DNA of 64,000 bases from NCBI GenBank assembly GCA_025603075.1, contig MU626362.1:1-64000 (forward strand), given 5' to 3'. This stretch comes from Neoconidiobolus thromboides FSU 785 (Eukaryota > Fungi > Entomophthoromycota). Shown one piece after another: positions 49,647-61,414 of the stretch (the first letter of the stretch is position 1; each line of letters opens with the position of its first letter). A program made the position numbers and the translations under genes. The notes under the pieces are model-generated. The model did not search any database. It was given only the letters and a program-made list of their open reading frames with translations, and was not told the origin of the DNA.

Positions 49647-51118
49647 AGAGTATAAAAATGCTTCATTTGAACCCTCTGTAGTAACAAAAGGTTAGTGTTT
49701 TTAACTAGTAAACTAGCAGTTACTTTTTTAGTACTTGAAACATTAGCTACAGATACTCAGGTTTCATTTACTTCATCTTTATCAGAATAGAATATTCAAG
49801 GACAACCCCATCTTTACTATAAAAGGCTGAATCTTTAGCATCGTTGATAGCAGAAGTATCAGCCTTTTGAAGATTTATTATAGCTTTGAGTGTAATTGAG
49901 CCATTATAAGGAGGTAAAATGCTGTCTGTAGTATCAGCTAGTAAAGTTTCACAGTTATTTATGGCTAGCCCAGATGCCTGGTTTTTAGATCATTGACTAA
50001 AATCATAATAAACTTCCGTATTTTGATAAGTACGGCTAAATGTATCTTCGCCAATATAAATCTTGTATGTAAAATCACCAAAATAAATGGATTTTCGATT
50101 TATAATAGTTGCCACTCGTTTATAGCCTCCAGGTTCTCTAGCTCAAATTTTTAATATTTCTATAAAGCCATCAATAATCTTAATGTAACTATCATCAAAA
50201 AGTTTAGTATTGTAAAAGGATATATATGTTACTCTGTCATTTGAATCATAAAGAAAACTATTTGCTGAAGAACTATAATTCGATTGAAATCATCTAAATA
50301 ATTTCTGTGTTTGTAAATCAGCGATTAATGGAGTGAAAAGTAAAGTTGATGAGATTGATCCCATAAGTTATTTAAATTGATAAAAACTTATTTTAATGAC
50401 TTCGTTGTCTCCTTATGACTTTCTCTACTATTATTAGTTTAATATCTAAATCTAACATTATAAGTCATAGCTTGTATAAAGGATAATGAACAATGAACAA
50501 TAATAGAACAAATTGGTAAATTGACTTTTAAGATGTCTTTCAGCATTCCCATTAAGCTTACAAGGATAGGAATTAATAAACTAAAAAAGAGTATAACAAT
50601 AAAATGCTTTCATTCAGCATATAAAAAAATAACAGATATAACAAATTTAAATGGAACAAGCTAAGTTAAAAGAACTATCAAAAAGTAATAATAAATACTG
50701 TTTACGTTGTTGTTACGAATCGAATCGAGTAGTGTTTACTACTATTTTAAAATTAGCATTAATCATATCAATACAAACTACTAGATATATTTATAATATT
50801 ATTATGATTGAAGTCACCCTATATCAGCTAAAACAACATGATTCTTTACATATTAAAGTGCTATAAGTTATGAATAGTTTATGTAGTTCCGATTTTATTA
50901 GTTATTTACAAATTGTACATTACATTATTCAAAATTACTTATAATAGCATAAAGATAGATAATATAGTATATAGAACAAGTATTCATATAAATACAAGTA
51001 TATTTAATAGATACTTACTTTCTACTTTTGGTAGATACCAATTCTTTACCATATATTAAACAAAATAACTCAAAAATAAAAGATGTTTTTATTATTTTAC
51101 TAAAATTATTCTACATAT

Positions 51119-51216
51119 GGGGATGTATTTTTGTATTTAAGAATTTTACTAACAATTTTTCCACACAAGTAGCGCTTAAAAGATGAAAAAAGTAATGAAG
51201 CTAAAAAAACATCCCC
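51119..51216 (-). mobile_element. MITE copy
   Basis: Near-consensus copy; TSD ATAT/ATAT within the palindromic empty site TACATATGTA. Confidence 0.92.
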
Positions 51217-51353
51217 ATATGTATTAAATTTACTTGTATTGTAAATGGCTCGTCTCTGGCTTTTGAAAAATTGTTTTATTATACTTTGTTTTCATCTTCA
51301 CTTTTGTTTAATGTTTTAGAAAAAGTCTAAAAATCTCAGATAAAATACTATAT

Positions 51354-51452
51354 GGGGATGTGTTTTTGTATTTAAGAATTTTACTAGCAATTTTTCCACT
51401 CAAATAGCGCTTAAAAGGTGGAAAAAGTAATGAAGCCAAAAAAGACATCCCC
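51354..51452 (-). mobile_element. MITE copy
   Basis: ggggatgt...acatcccc; TSD ATAT/ATAT. Confidence 0.92.
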
Positions 51453-53169
51453 ATATTTTTTCAAAAAGTAAATAATTATGAATAAAATGTAATATAAAAA
51501 TATACAAATACTTAAAAGTATTAATGTTTAATTAATATTGTCATTAAAAAGGCTGGGCCAGTTAGTATTAGTTTTTAGTATTTAATATATTTATATCAGT
51601 AAAAGTTAGATTAGGCTAATAATCTTAAGTTGGTTATTATTGTCTAATATGATGCTTTATCTATTAATTATTTTGTTTATTGATCTTTATATTGATAAAA
51701 TGATATTAGAATTAAACAAAACAAGTTCCTAATGATGTCTAAATGCATCACTATAATTTATAAAGTGACTCCTTTACTAATCATAAGAGTAATATTATAT
51801 ATTATATTATATTATATTAATATTGCTTAATAGATGTGTTGTAATCTTGTATAGTATGTTTATTTATTTAACCTATCAAAGTAGTAATAACTTTAAAGTA
51901 TCTTCAAAAGTTACCTGATTGCTTTAAAAACCTTTCAAACACTTTTCTATAGAATGTTCTTGGCTTTTAATATTTAAAAATATTAAATGTGATATATTTG
52001 TTTTACTAGTGTTAATTTACAAACTTATACATGATTTCCTTGATAAATAACTTATAAAATGTTGGCAATAATCATTGTAGATATTAAGGCTTTTAGAATA
52101 CATTCGATAGATTAAATTTTAATGATTTAATCAAAAAGTTCAATTTTATGATGTAAAAGTTGTCATTAATTATAAGAGGCTATACAAATAAAAAGTTAAA
52201 ATATAAACTGAAATCTATATTTTTACATTAAAAATCAGTGAAAACAAGAAAAGTGTATAGAAATATGTAATTTTTGGAATATACTTTAAAGGATATATCG
52301 TCAAAATTTCAAGTTCAAAATATCATCTAAGAACGTTCTAAAATTATTTGGTGTGGAAAATGGTTTGGTCTTAATGTCAAACCTTATGTTTTAATGACTT
52401 TTGCAATTATCATGCTATAAATATTCTTGCAGGTTTCAACTTGTTTTCATTAAATTAGTTTGCGCAGTAATTAACGTCAAAATGAAGTATTTTTTCGTAA
52501 TTCTTTTTAACTTTCATTTAATTTTTAATGGAATATATTATTAGTTCTTATTGATTTTATTAAATAAATTAATATCTACTACCTGACTCTTAAAGTTATT
52601 TATATTTGATAAGTGGTTGTAAACTGAAATCATTGAAATGGGAAAAAGTTATTCAAGTTCTTACAGACAAATAAATTTAAACTAACAACCAATTAAAGCT
52701 GATCTGTTTTAAGCTTTTCCAGATGCCAACAATAAGTTTTTGTTTAAACACTCACAAATGCTAATATAATAAATTCACATGCCCAAAGATAAGAACTTTC
52801 AAATTTTCAGATGAAATTATAGGCTGTAGATAAGAGCTTGATGATTATATTTTTGAGGGGACCAACTTTTAAAAAGTTAGTGACATTTTTGGCTATAAGA
52901 GGCTATGAAATCATACCCCCAAGCCAATAATAAAATGGAATATAATGTGAGACAAAAAAGGAATGCCATTTGACTATTATTGGCTTATAAGCAAAAAGAG
53001 TATACTCATGAATAGATCAAAATGAAGTATAAAAGCCAAGCAATATATCAAATCTATTCTTTTTATTTCTAAATTTCAACTTGTAAATAAAAATTTTAAG
53101 CTACATACAATTTAAAAGTCATAATAAGTTAATTGAATTCATTTATTTAAAAACTTTACTATCCACAAC

Positions 53170-54555
53170 ATGTCGTTAACTGCAGGTTTTAAAAACTTTG
53201 ATTCTGATAACAAAGATAAAAAAATATCCATCCCACCTTCCAAATCTTATTATCGAGCTATGGCAAACCTAGGGAAAAGCTTTAGTAATAGTATTGATAA
53301 TCCACCATGCTTAATTTCTGAATTAGAAAAGAAAAGCCAGCCAAATAAAGTCTCTTTTGGAATTGATTCTTTGAATGATAATCTCAATTCATTAACCTTA
53401 AATGATTCTCCAATAGAATATATATCTCCTGAATTATCTTTTTCGCCAACAGAATCTGTTATATCAGCCGGAGAACCATCTCACCCAAATGATATTGAAT
53501 CACCAACCATTCATAATATTGCTTCACCACCCCCTCGTCCAATAAGAAGAGCTAAAACTACTGTATCACCATTTCCTCAACCTAAAGCTTTAAAAAAGAC
53601 AAACAGTTATAAACCCATTACCTCTTCTTCCTATAATTCCTTACCAACTTCAGATGCAGTTTCTTTCCTTTCTTCTTTTGCTGATAGGACTGCAGAAGAA
53701 ATATCAGCTGTTTCTCCTGATGAAGAAGGTGAAGAAGTTGGAAAATATGTCATGGGGAAGATGATCGCAAAAGGAGCTTTCTCAACTGTACGTGAAGCTT
53801 ATACAATGAGTGATGTCGACCATCAATTTGAGATGTTTGCTTGTAAGGTAGTTAAAAAATGTTCAACTCAAAAATGTGAGGAAAAAGTAATTGAAGCAGA
53901 AAACGAAGTCATGTTATGGAAACAATTAGATCACCCCCACATTCTTAAGTTTACTGATATTATTGATACGAGTTATGCCCTCTTTATCTTTATGGAATTA
54001 TGTCCTAATGGGACATTATTAGATTATGTAACTTCCAAAGGAAAATTGGAAGAAGATGAAGCAAGAATTTTCTTTAACCAATTATTACAGGCAGTAAGAT
54101 ATCTTCATCAAGATGCTCATATCATCCATCGTGATTTAAAGCTTGAAAATATTGTACTTACATCTACTAATCACGTCAAACTCACTGATTTTGGATTGAG
54201 CGTATTTAAAAAAGCACAGGACCAAGGTTTAAAAAGTCCTGGGCAAGGATGTGCAGGTTCCATCAACTATTGTGCACCAGAACTTTTAAGAAATACTTGT
54301 CGAGTAAACGATTACTGTTCAGATATATGGTCATTAGGAGTTATACTTTATACGCTTGTAGTTGGTAAATTTCCATTTTCAGATGGATTTGAGCCCAGAT
54401 TAATTATGAAAATATGTAATGGCAAATTTGATTTACCAGATGCTTTATCGCCTCCTCTTAAGGAGTTGATTTCTTCTATGCTTTCAATTGATAGTATTAA
54501 TCGTCCAAATATTAATGAAGTTATTGGTAGCACATGGTGTCAAGAATCTTCATAA
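53170..54555 (+). CDS. Ser/Thr protein kinase, CAMK group
   Basis: IAKGAFSTV, ACKVV, HRDLKLEN, DFGLS, AGSINYCAPE, DIWSLGVILY; low-complexity S/P-rich N-terminus. Confidence 0.92.
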   Translation: MSLTAGFKNFDSDNKDKKISIPPSKSYYRAMANLGKSFSNSIDNPPCLISELEKKSQPNKVSFGIDSLNDNLNSLTLNDSPIEYISPELSFSPTESVISAGEPSHPNDIESPTIHNIASPPPRPIRRAKTTVSPFPQPKALKKTNSYKPITSSSYNSLPTSDAVSFLSSFADRTAEEISAVSPDEEGEEVGKYVMGKMIAKGAFSTVREAYTMSDVDHQFEMFACKVVKKCSTQKCEEKVIEAENEVMLWKQLDHPHILKFTDIIDTSYALFIFMELCPNGTLLDYVTSKGKLEEDEARIFFNQLLQAVRYLHQDAHIIHRDLKLENIVLTSTNHVKLTDFGLSVFKKAQDQGLKSPGQGCAGSINYCAPELLRNTCRVNDYCSDIWSLGVILYTLVVGKFPFSDGFEPRLIMKICNGKFDLPDALSPPLKELISSMLSIDSINRPNINEVIGSTWCQESS

Positions 54556-55155
54556 GTCATCAATGTTCTTGTTTCAATACCAAAGTCAACTGATTGTAGT
54601 ATTATATTGTTATCTTAATCTCTAGAATATCTATATCATGAGAAATTATCATGTTTTTTGATATTATATTATTTATTTTTACCTTGAAAATATTGCTCAA
54701 ATTTACGCTTTTAAATAAATAATTGTTTTTTGTTAATAAAATCAGCCCATGTTTGAAATAAATCTGTATTTAAATTTTCTTATTTTAGTAAATTTTGAAG
54801 TCTTTTTATTTTAAAAATTCATTAGAGTGATTTATATTTAATTTTAATTGATCCATCCTTAACTTAGCCTAATTTATAAATTGCAAAGTAATTTTTATTT
54901 ATAGTAATGAAAGGACATAATAAAGCAGCTTATCTTTTTAACCCTGTTTTATTCCAATTATTTTGAATATTGGGGTAAATTTTATTATGAGTAGTTTTGA
55001 AGATTAAACAAATGTTATTTAGAATAACTTTGCAAGAGATGGGCAAATATCATCGCAAGTAACATTTAACTAAGCGAGTAAATGGTGAATCAAAATTGTC
55101 AATTTCGAAATCTAATAGAATTTAAACTAATAATTGCTAACAATTTTCATTATGT

Positions 55156-55246
55156 GAGTGTTTTCAGTTTCATTATTTTTTCTATTTTTAAGCACTACTA
55201 AGTGGAAACAATGTTAATAAATTTCTTGAACAAAAACATTATTCTC
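55156..55246 (+). mobile_element. MITE copy, degenerate
   Basis: gagtgttttcagtttcatt...ttaagcactactaagtggaa...attctc; flanks ATGT/ATAT. Confidence 0.7.
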
Positions 55247-56041
55247 ATATTTTATTAATATTAGTATTGTTATTGTTTTTTGCCAATATAATAAAAACAC
55301 AATGTTCCAAATGCTATCGATTATAAAAAACATACAAAATCTTGACTAAACTATTATCCTTTTGTTATGAGTAGCCATTTGTAAGATAGCTATATTTCTA
55401 ACTACCATCTATGAGAAAATCATATCTTTGAAGACTTCAAATTCATAAAATAATTATGTTTTCAACAAATATAAGTTTAATGTTTAATTATTAAACATAA
55501 ATCAATATCAACATTATAAGCTATCATCTATATACAGTATAATAATTATAATACAAAATATAATTAAAACATAAGTTTAATTAGTGACAATCAAAAATCA
55601 TATATTCATTAAATTTTATTTTAAACTTAACCAGCTTTAAAGCATATGTTTTACAGAAAAATTCTCTATAAAAAAGATCGTTTATATTAATTCTATTTAC
55701 ATTCGTAAGAAACATTGCTGCTATGACTTCTATTTTTTTTGCTCTAGTTGATTTATCAAAAACATTATCGTACCTAACCTCAAAACTATAACTAAATTCC
55801 GCTTTTATCTACTTTTCTCATTTTCATACAAATTAGGTTTAGTTTGTATTGTTTCATTTGTATATTTTCATATTGACAATTATTTTCCTCGTAAACATCT
55901 TTTATAAAAAATAAACTTACTTTCATTAAACCAAATATTTTACATAAATAATAGCTAGTTTCATCATTTTTAATAATTTATATTTACTAGAAGCCCATAT
56001 TAACCTCGAATTATTAAAAAACATTTATTGGTTTTTTTAAA

Positions 56042-56530
56042 TTAAGACTCAATCAATTCACGAAGACGACGAGTGGCACTGCGAACAGTGGCAGCAGCAG
56101 TAGTTCTATAAATTCAATTATAAATTCAAAAATCTTGATAAAAAAAACTTACGAAACAGTCCAAGCACCACCAGCTAAAACTTTCTTACATCCACGGCAT
56201 TCCCAGATACCGACAGCACGACGCTTGACGCTATCCTTACCACAGAAAGTGCAGGTATATTTGGCGTGTTGGGTGATTTCCATCTTTTTGATTTGTTTAC
56301 GTAAAGAAGCACCATAACGGGTACCGTATTTACCGACAACTCCTACTTTCTTAGTACGTTTGGCCTTTGACAATAGATTAACATTTTGTTTTTAAATTAT
56401 GGAACATCTTTTTATATTTTTAGAAAACTAAATGAAGACGATTGTGTCCTCAACTTTTTTTGATTTATCGTTTTTTGTCTTATTTTTATCTTCTAATTTT
56501 GAGTATTTGAATGGATGTATGTATTACCAT
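56042..56530 (-). CDS. RPL43: 60S ribosomal protein eL43 (L37ae), 3 exons
   Basis: ATG|GTAATAC...AAAG|[23 protein letters not shown]...CTFCGK...WECRGC...GGAWTVS|[20 protein letters not shown]. Confidence 0.95.
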
Positions 56531-56906
56531 TTGATTTTATGGTGCTGGGTAGTTCGTTAACAAGGTATTGAAACGAAGAGAGAGGAGGTCTTAAGCCAAC
56601 TTTGGCTTACTCATTAGTTATTAACTTTATTGGTTAATTTCATTTACTTTTTTGAAAATCGGGTTTTCTAACCCATCCAAAAAGTACAGTATAATTTAAA
56701 ATTAAATATTTGTATTTCAATAAAACCTTATAATTATATAATATTATAATTTAATGGTATATTTCTTTTTTGCTTTAAAGTGTTTTTATTTTGATATACA
56801 TTATTACAACTGTTCAAAGCTTAACAATATAAAATATATATACTATTAATAAATCTATTTGAAGGTAAATGATTACTGTTTATAAATAAATTCATGTACA
56901 AAACAT

Positions 56907-57003
56907 GGGGGTGTTTTTTTTGGTTTGATCATTTTTCTATTTTTTAAGTACAATTTGAGAGGAAAAATTATTAGTAAAATTATTAAATTCACAGTATGTC
57001 CAC
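56907..57003 (+). mobile_element. MITE copy, degenerate
   Basis: gggggtgt...atgtccac; flanks ACAT/ATAT. Confidence 0.8.
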
Positions 57004-57294
57004 ATATAGTAACATATTGTGAGTTTAGTATCATAACAGATATTCATAAATCACTAATTTATTAGTCCTAAATATATATTGGTATAAAAACAAGAAAAAT
57101 ATTATATTTTATAAAAAAGAATCCTAAACAGTAGTCTATAATGTTGTTCAAATTGTTTCAGAGTTATAAACTATCTTGACTTTGAGATAATCGATATTAT
57201 TAATAAAGTTACATTTGAATGATAGATATTTAATATTAAAACAATTGAAATGTACTTATAAAATATACTTACAAAGCATGCGTTTATTAATAAA

Positions 57295-57318
57295 GATAAA
57301 GATAAAGATAAAGATAAA
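57295..57318. repeat. (GATAAA)4 microsatellite downstream of AOX
   Basis: Four perfect units. Confidence 0.7.
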
Positions 57319-57347
57319 ATAAAATAGCATTCTAAAAGTTTACAAAA

Positions 57348-58346
57348 TTACCACACCTTGGCGGCATCTTGAGAAGGATTAGCTAATGACGAATCCTTTT
57401 CCTCAATATTTTGCTCCAATCCTTCTCTTAGATCTTCCTTCTTAAGAATGAGTCGATCTGCAAAGTGGTGGTTGGTATCCCTATGTAAAGCCTCATCAGC
57501 TCTTACAGCTAATACTACATCTCTCAATCTAGCATTTGGTTTCAAATGCCAATAGTCAATGGCAATTACTGGAGCTGGAGAATTTTCAATGTGACCATTG
57601 TCAATCTCTTTTAAAAAAGAAGTGTAGGAAATAACCGCTTCTTCTTCAAGATAGCCCACAACACGATGGGCAGTTTTTGGTGACATTAAATACAAAAGGA
57701 AGAAAGCATTATAAAACACCCCTTGTACTGTAGTGACTAAAACTCTTTCAAATAAATTAGGTTGGGACACCTTCATCCATGTCATTAAATGCATACGTTC
57801 GTTTTCAGCTTCATGTAACAAATGACTAATCCAACCACCATCATGTTTTAAGCCTCTTAAAGACCTCAAGTGTCTTAATGTAGCTGCTACCATACCCGGT
57901 ACAGCAGCCACGGTTTCTAGCATCACAGCTCGATGTACATATTTTTTACGGAAAAAGAGATCAGTAGGTAAACGTAATACTTTGACAGTGTTGAAAGCTA
58001 TTATGTCCCCAAAAGTCTTAGGCTGACGATGGGAAGTGAGGTTGATATCCATTTTCTCTAACTCTTCCGAGGACATGGAGCGTAAGAATTCATTTCTAAT
58101 AGGGGCTGGGTGGACTGGGTGTTTTAATTCCCTGGGCATAGTGCCTTGAATATCTATCTTTTCGGCATTTTCGTTGGAACTCAGAGAAAAGAAAGTAAAG
58201 TTACGCTTACCAGTAACATTATGAGAAATATGTGCTGGTAAGAAAGTTAAAGCTCTATAGGTACCTGGGTTCTGGAAAAGGGTGGTACCAGTTTTAAGTA
58301 TACTAGTATATAGTATAGGATGAGATAAAATTTTAGTTGTTGACAT
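57348..58346 (-). CDS. AOX: Mitochondrial alternative oxidase
   Basis: [26 protein letters not shown] and RADEALH di-iron motifs; intronless. Confidence 0.96.
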   Translation of the reverse strand: MSTTKILSHPILYTSILKTGTTLFQNPGTYRALTFLPAHISHNVTGKRNFTFFSLSSNENAEKIDIQGTMPRELKHPVHPAPIRNEFLRSMSSEELEKMDINLTSHRQPKTFGDIIAFNTVKVLRLPTDLFFRKKYVHRAVMLETVAAVPGMVAATLRHLRSLRGLKHDGGWISHLLHEAENERMHLMTWMKVSQPNLFERVLVTTVQGVFYNAFFLLYLMSPKTAHRVVGYLEEEAVISYTSFLKEIDNGHIENSPAPVIAIDYWHLKPNARLRDVVLAVRADEALHRDTNHHFADRLILKKEDLREGLEQNIEEKDSSLANPSQDAAKVW

Positions 58347-61300
58347 ATTGTAATCGATATTGATTGATTTAATGATTTGAGTTTGAACTAAAAATCGTTG
58401 CTTATATAAGCTAAAAAATCATCTTTGGGCATAAATTATTAGCTTAAAATAAGGATTTATTGCTCAAACTTGATTGATATTGTTGTTTAATTACCCTAAA
58501 AACTAAGGAATCTTTTTTACTTTCGGTTTATTTCAAGGATGACTCATATAGTTGGCAACTTTGGGGTTGATTCATTTTTTGGGGAGTTAAGCTTAATTAA
58601 AAATGAAATCACAAAAATATTATATTTTAAATAATAAATTAATAATAATATAAAAATTATATTAAAAATTGCTAAAGAAATATCACATAAAGATATGATT
58701 CAATATCGTAGTTAATAAAGCTAATGTGCTATCATATATGGCATAGGCACTGTAATATAACACCATGGATCTATATACCATTAATGACTTTTTTCATACG
58801 GACCAACTCCCGATCCGCAGCAGTTGAACTCAGCCCCCTAACGAATTAAAAATTAAGAATTATTTTTAGTTTTTTTATAGCTATTTAAAAATAATGTAAG
58901 GAAATATTTAAGCTCAATAAATTCTTATGACAAGCAACAATGTAAAGTTGACTAACTTTTGTAAAAATGATCAGATAAATTCCGATGGAATAGCCTTTTA
59001 ATCTGTAATACGTTATAAGAAATTCAAAATTATCCTTTAATAGGGTTTGTCGGACTAAGCGAAAATGAGAGATATTATTAATTATGTGATAATCTTTCTA
59101 TTGTGTTTACTTTTGTATCTAAAATAAAGACAGGGTTTATTATAAAACAGCTTTGGAAACTTTGATTACTATTTAAGTATAGTGTTGTATAGTATGATAT
59201 TGTATTATTACTCTTGAAAATAGTTTATTTTGCTTCATATTATGCTTTATACCCAAGAAATTATTAAATAAATAAGAATATGATTAGAGATTTGCTTCCA
59301 TTTATTAAATAGAATACAAATAAACAATACTTAATTAATAAAAAGATACAGAGCAGATGTTTTTTTAATACTACTTATAGTTTTATACCAGTTTCAACAA
59401 ACTGGTGCGTAAGTTTATTGCTCTAAATTTTTACCCATAAAAATTCCATAAAATCTTCATCATTAAATCACACTAAATTAGCCTAATTTTTGTGAAATTT
59501 CCAAATATTACTCTTATCCATAAATTATTTGAATTGCTATAAATGAATGTAAATGTTTATATAACCCTATTTTCCTTTGCTGTTTTACAATAACAAAATT
59601 TTATAGTGCCCTTAAATATATTTCATATTTTTATCCTTAGTTCCATTTAAATTAAAGAACTATATTCTAGATTATGTTCCTATTGATAGCTACCTAAAAA
59701 CAAACAACACACAATATTTACACACAAGAAATCTACACAAATTTTATAAAGATTGCTGTTTTGCTATCTTAATTGATACTATAATAATTTTTAAACAAAA
59801 CCCTGGTACTCTTTTTATTGATTTTATATTGAAGGGCCAGTGTTCTATATCATGCTCTTGTGAATAGTCATTTAAGTAAACAACATCTAATATTTGTACA
59901 CAAAAAATCTACACGAATTCTATAATGTGATTTATTTTGTTAAGTAATCAATTTTATATCAATTGTTGAATCATATAATGTGTTGATAGTTATTTTGTAT
60001 TTTATTTGCTGTTAGTGGTTTCCATTTGTGATATTATTGTTAAATCGATATCAACTTTTTATATTTCATTGTTAAAACGTCTTCCTATTCACTAAACTTA
60101 GTACATTATTTTGTCTTGAGTTCTTTTTAACTAGCTATTAGCATTTATATATGATACAACTTTCAGATTTAAATGTATCCAAATGTGCTGATGAAGATAG
60201 TTGTTATGATTACAAAACTTATTCGAAGACCTCATTTTAAAAAAATCAAGGCTAAACAATGAATATAACAGATTATATTTAATGGAAGTGAATACCAAAT
60301 CCCAAACAAGAACCATTCTTTGATTAAATTCTAAAATTAAATTTAATTTTAAAAAAATCTAAAAATAATCTCAGTTTATGCTTTTTAAGAATTTTTGAAG
60401 ATCCTTTTTACGCTGTTAGAAACTTACAATAGTTTAACAAATACTACATTATTAAACACAATCTCTTGTTACTTTCACGGTATAGTTTAGATAGAAGTAA
60501 TTTATCATCTAAATCTCATTTAAATCAATATCACAGATATAAATTAAAATTAAATTAATTGTTTAAAATAGTGATGAAAATAAAATTAAATGACTATTTA
60601 AAATTAAAGCTCATTTTTACGTCATTTTGGTCAAAAATAAACTTTTATATTCTATTGAAACAGAATGTAATTCTATTTTAAGCTAAGATTAATAAAGTAT
60701 TAAAAATAACAATTACATACAAATCTGTATAATTACTAACAAAATTCTTTAAAATGTCCTTTTAGTGGGTCACCTTCTTCAATCCCTACTCCAATGACTA
60801 GAAGCTGATTCAAGGATTTATGATTTATTGGCCATAATTTATCCAAGCTAAAACATTATACTGGAAGGGCATAATTCCTCAGTTTTTATTAAACTTGATG
60901 GAGCGTTTTTTTTAGCCAATTAAATCGTCGATTTTAAATGGTATTATCATAAGAATTGCTACTTTTTTAAACTAGTGTCAGGGAAGTTTATAAATAAAAT
61001 TCAAAATTGAAATTAACTTATTTATTTATTTTTATTTGTAATGGAAGCTATTCAGAATTCTATAGCTTCAGCTGAAGGCTTATCAAGAAGAGGCCAACCT
61101 CAAGTACTTTAACCGACAACATATTATATTTTAGATTTTAACTTTATTTTTATCTTAGAGAGCATTCCGATTATTCCTTGTTACTTTAATTAACTTAACT
61201 CATGAGCTTATGAACCTAAGTATTGAATTCCCATTAAACCCAAATAGTAATATCTGTTTTAAACAATAATAATTTCATAACCTAATTTTAAGTAGATGAT

Positions 61301-61414
61301 AAATTTGAACAAGTAAAAAAATTATTTCAAGATGGAGATTTTTGTTTAAGTCAAGCCCGTAACCTATGTTTATACTTTGATTGCAACTCATCTCCTCAAG
61401 AAAGGCCTTTTTCT

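Noticed and set aside
58799-58817. CGG-containing site upstream of AOX as a Neurospora AOD2/AOD5-type CGG(N7)CGG motif
   Set aside because: The spacing and orientation are CGG-N8-CCG, not the known motif; too short to call
59700-59930. Two similar ~45-bp segments (atatttacacacaagaaatctacacaaattttataa / atatttgtacacaaaaaatctacacgaattctataa)
   Set aside because: A small local duplication in AT-rich DNA with no further structure
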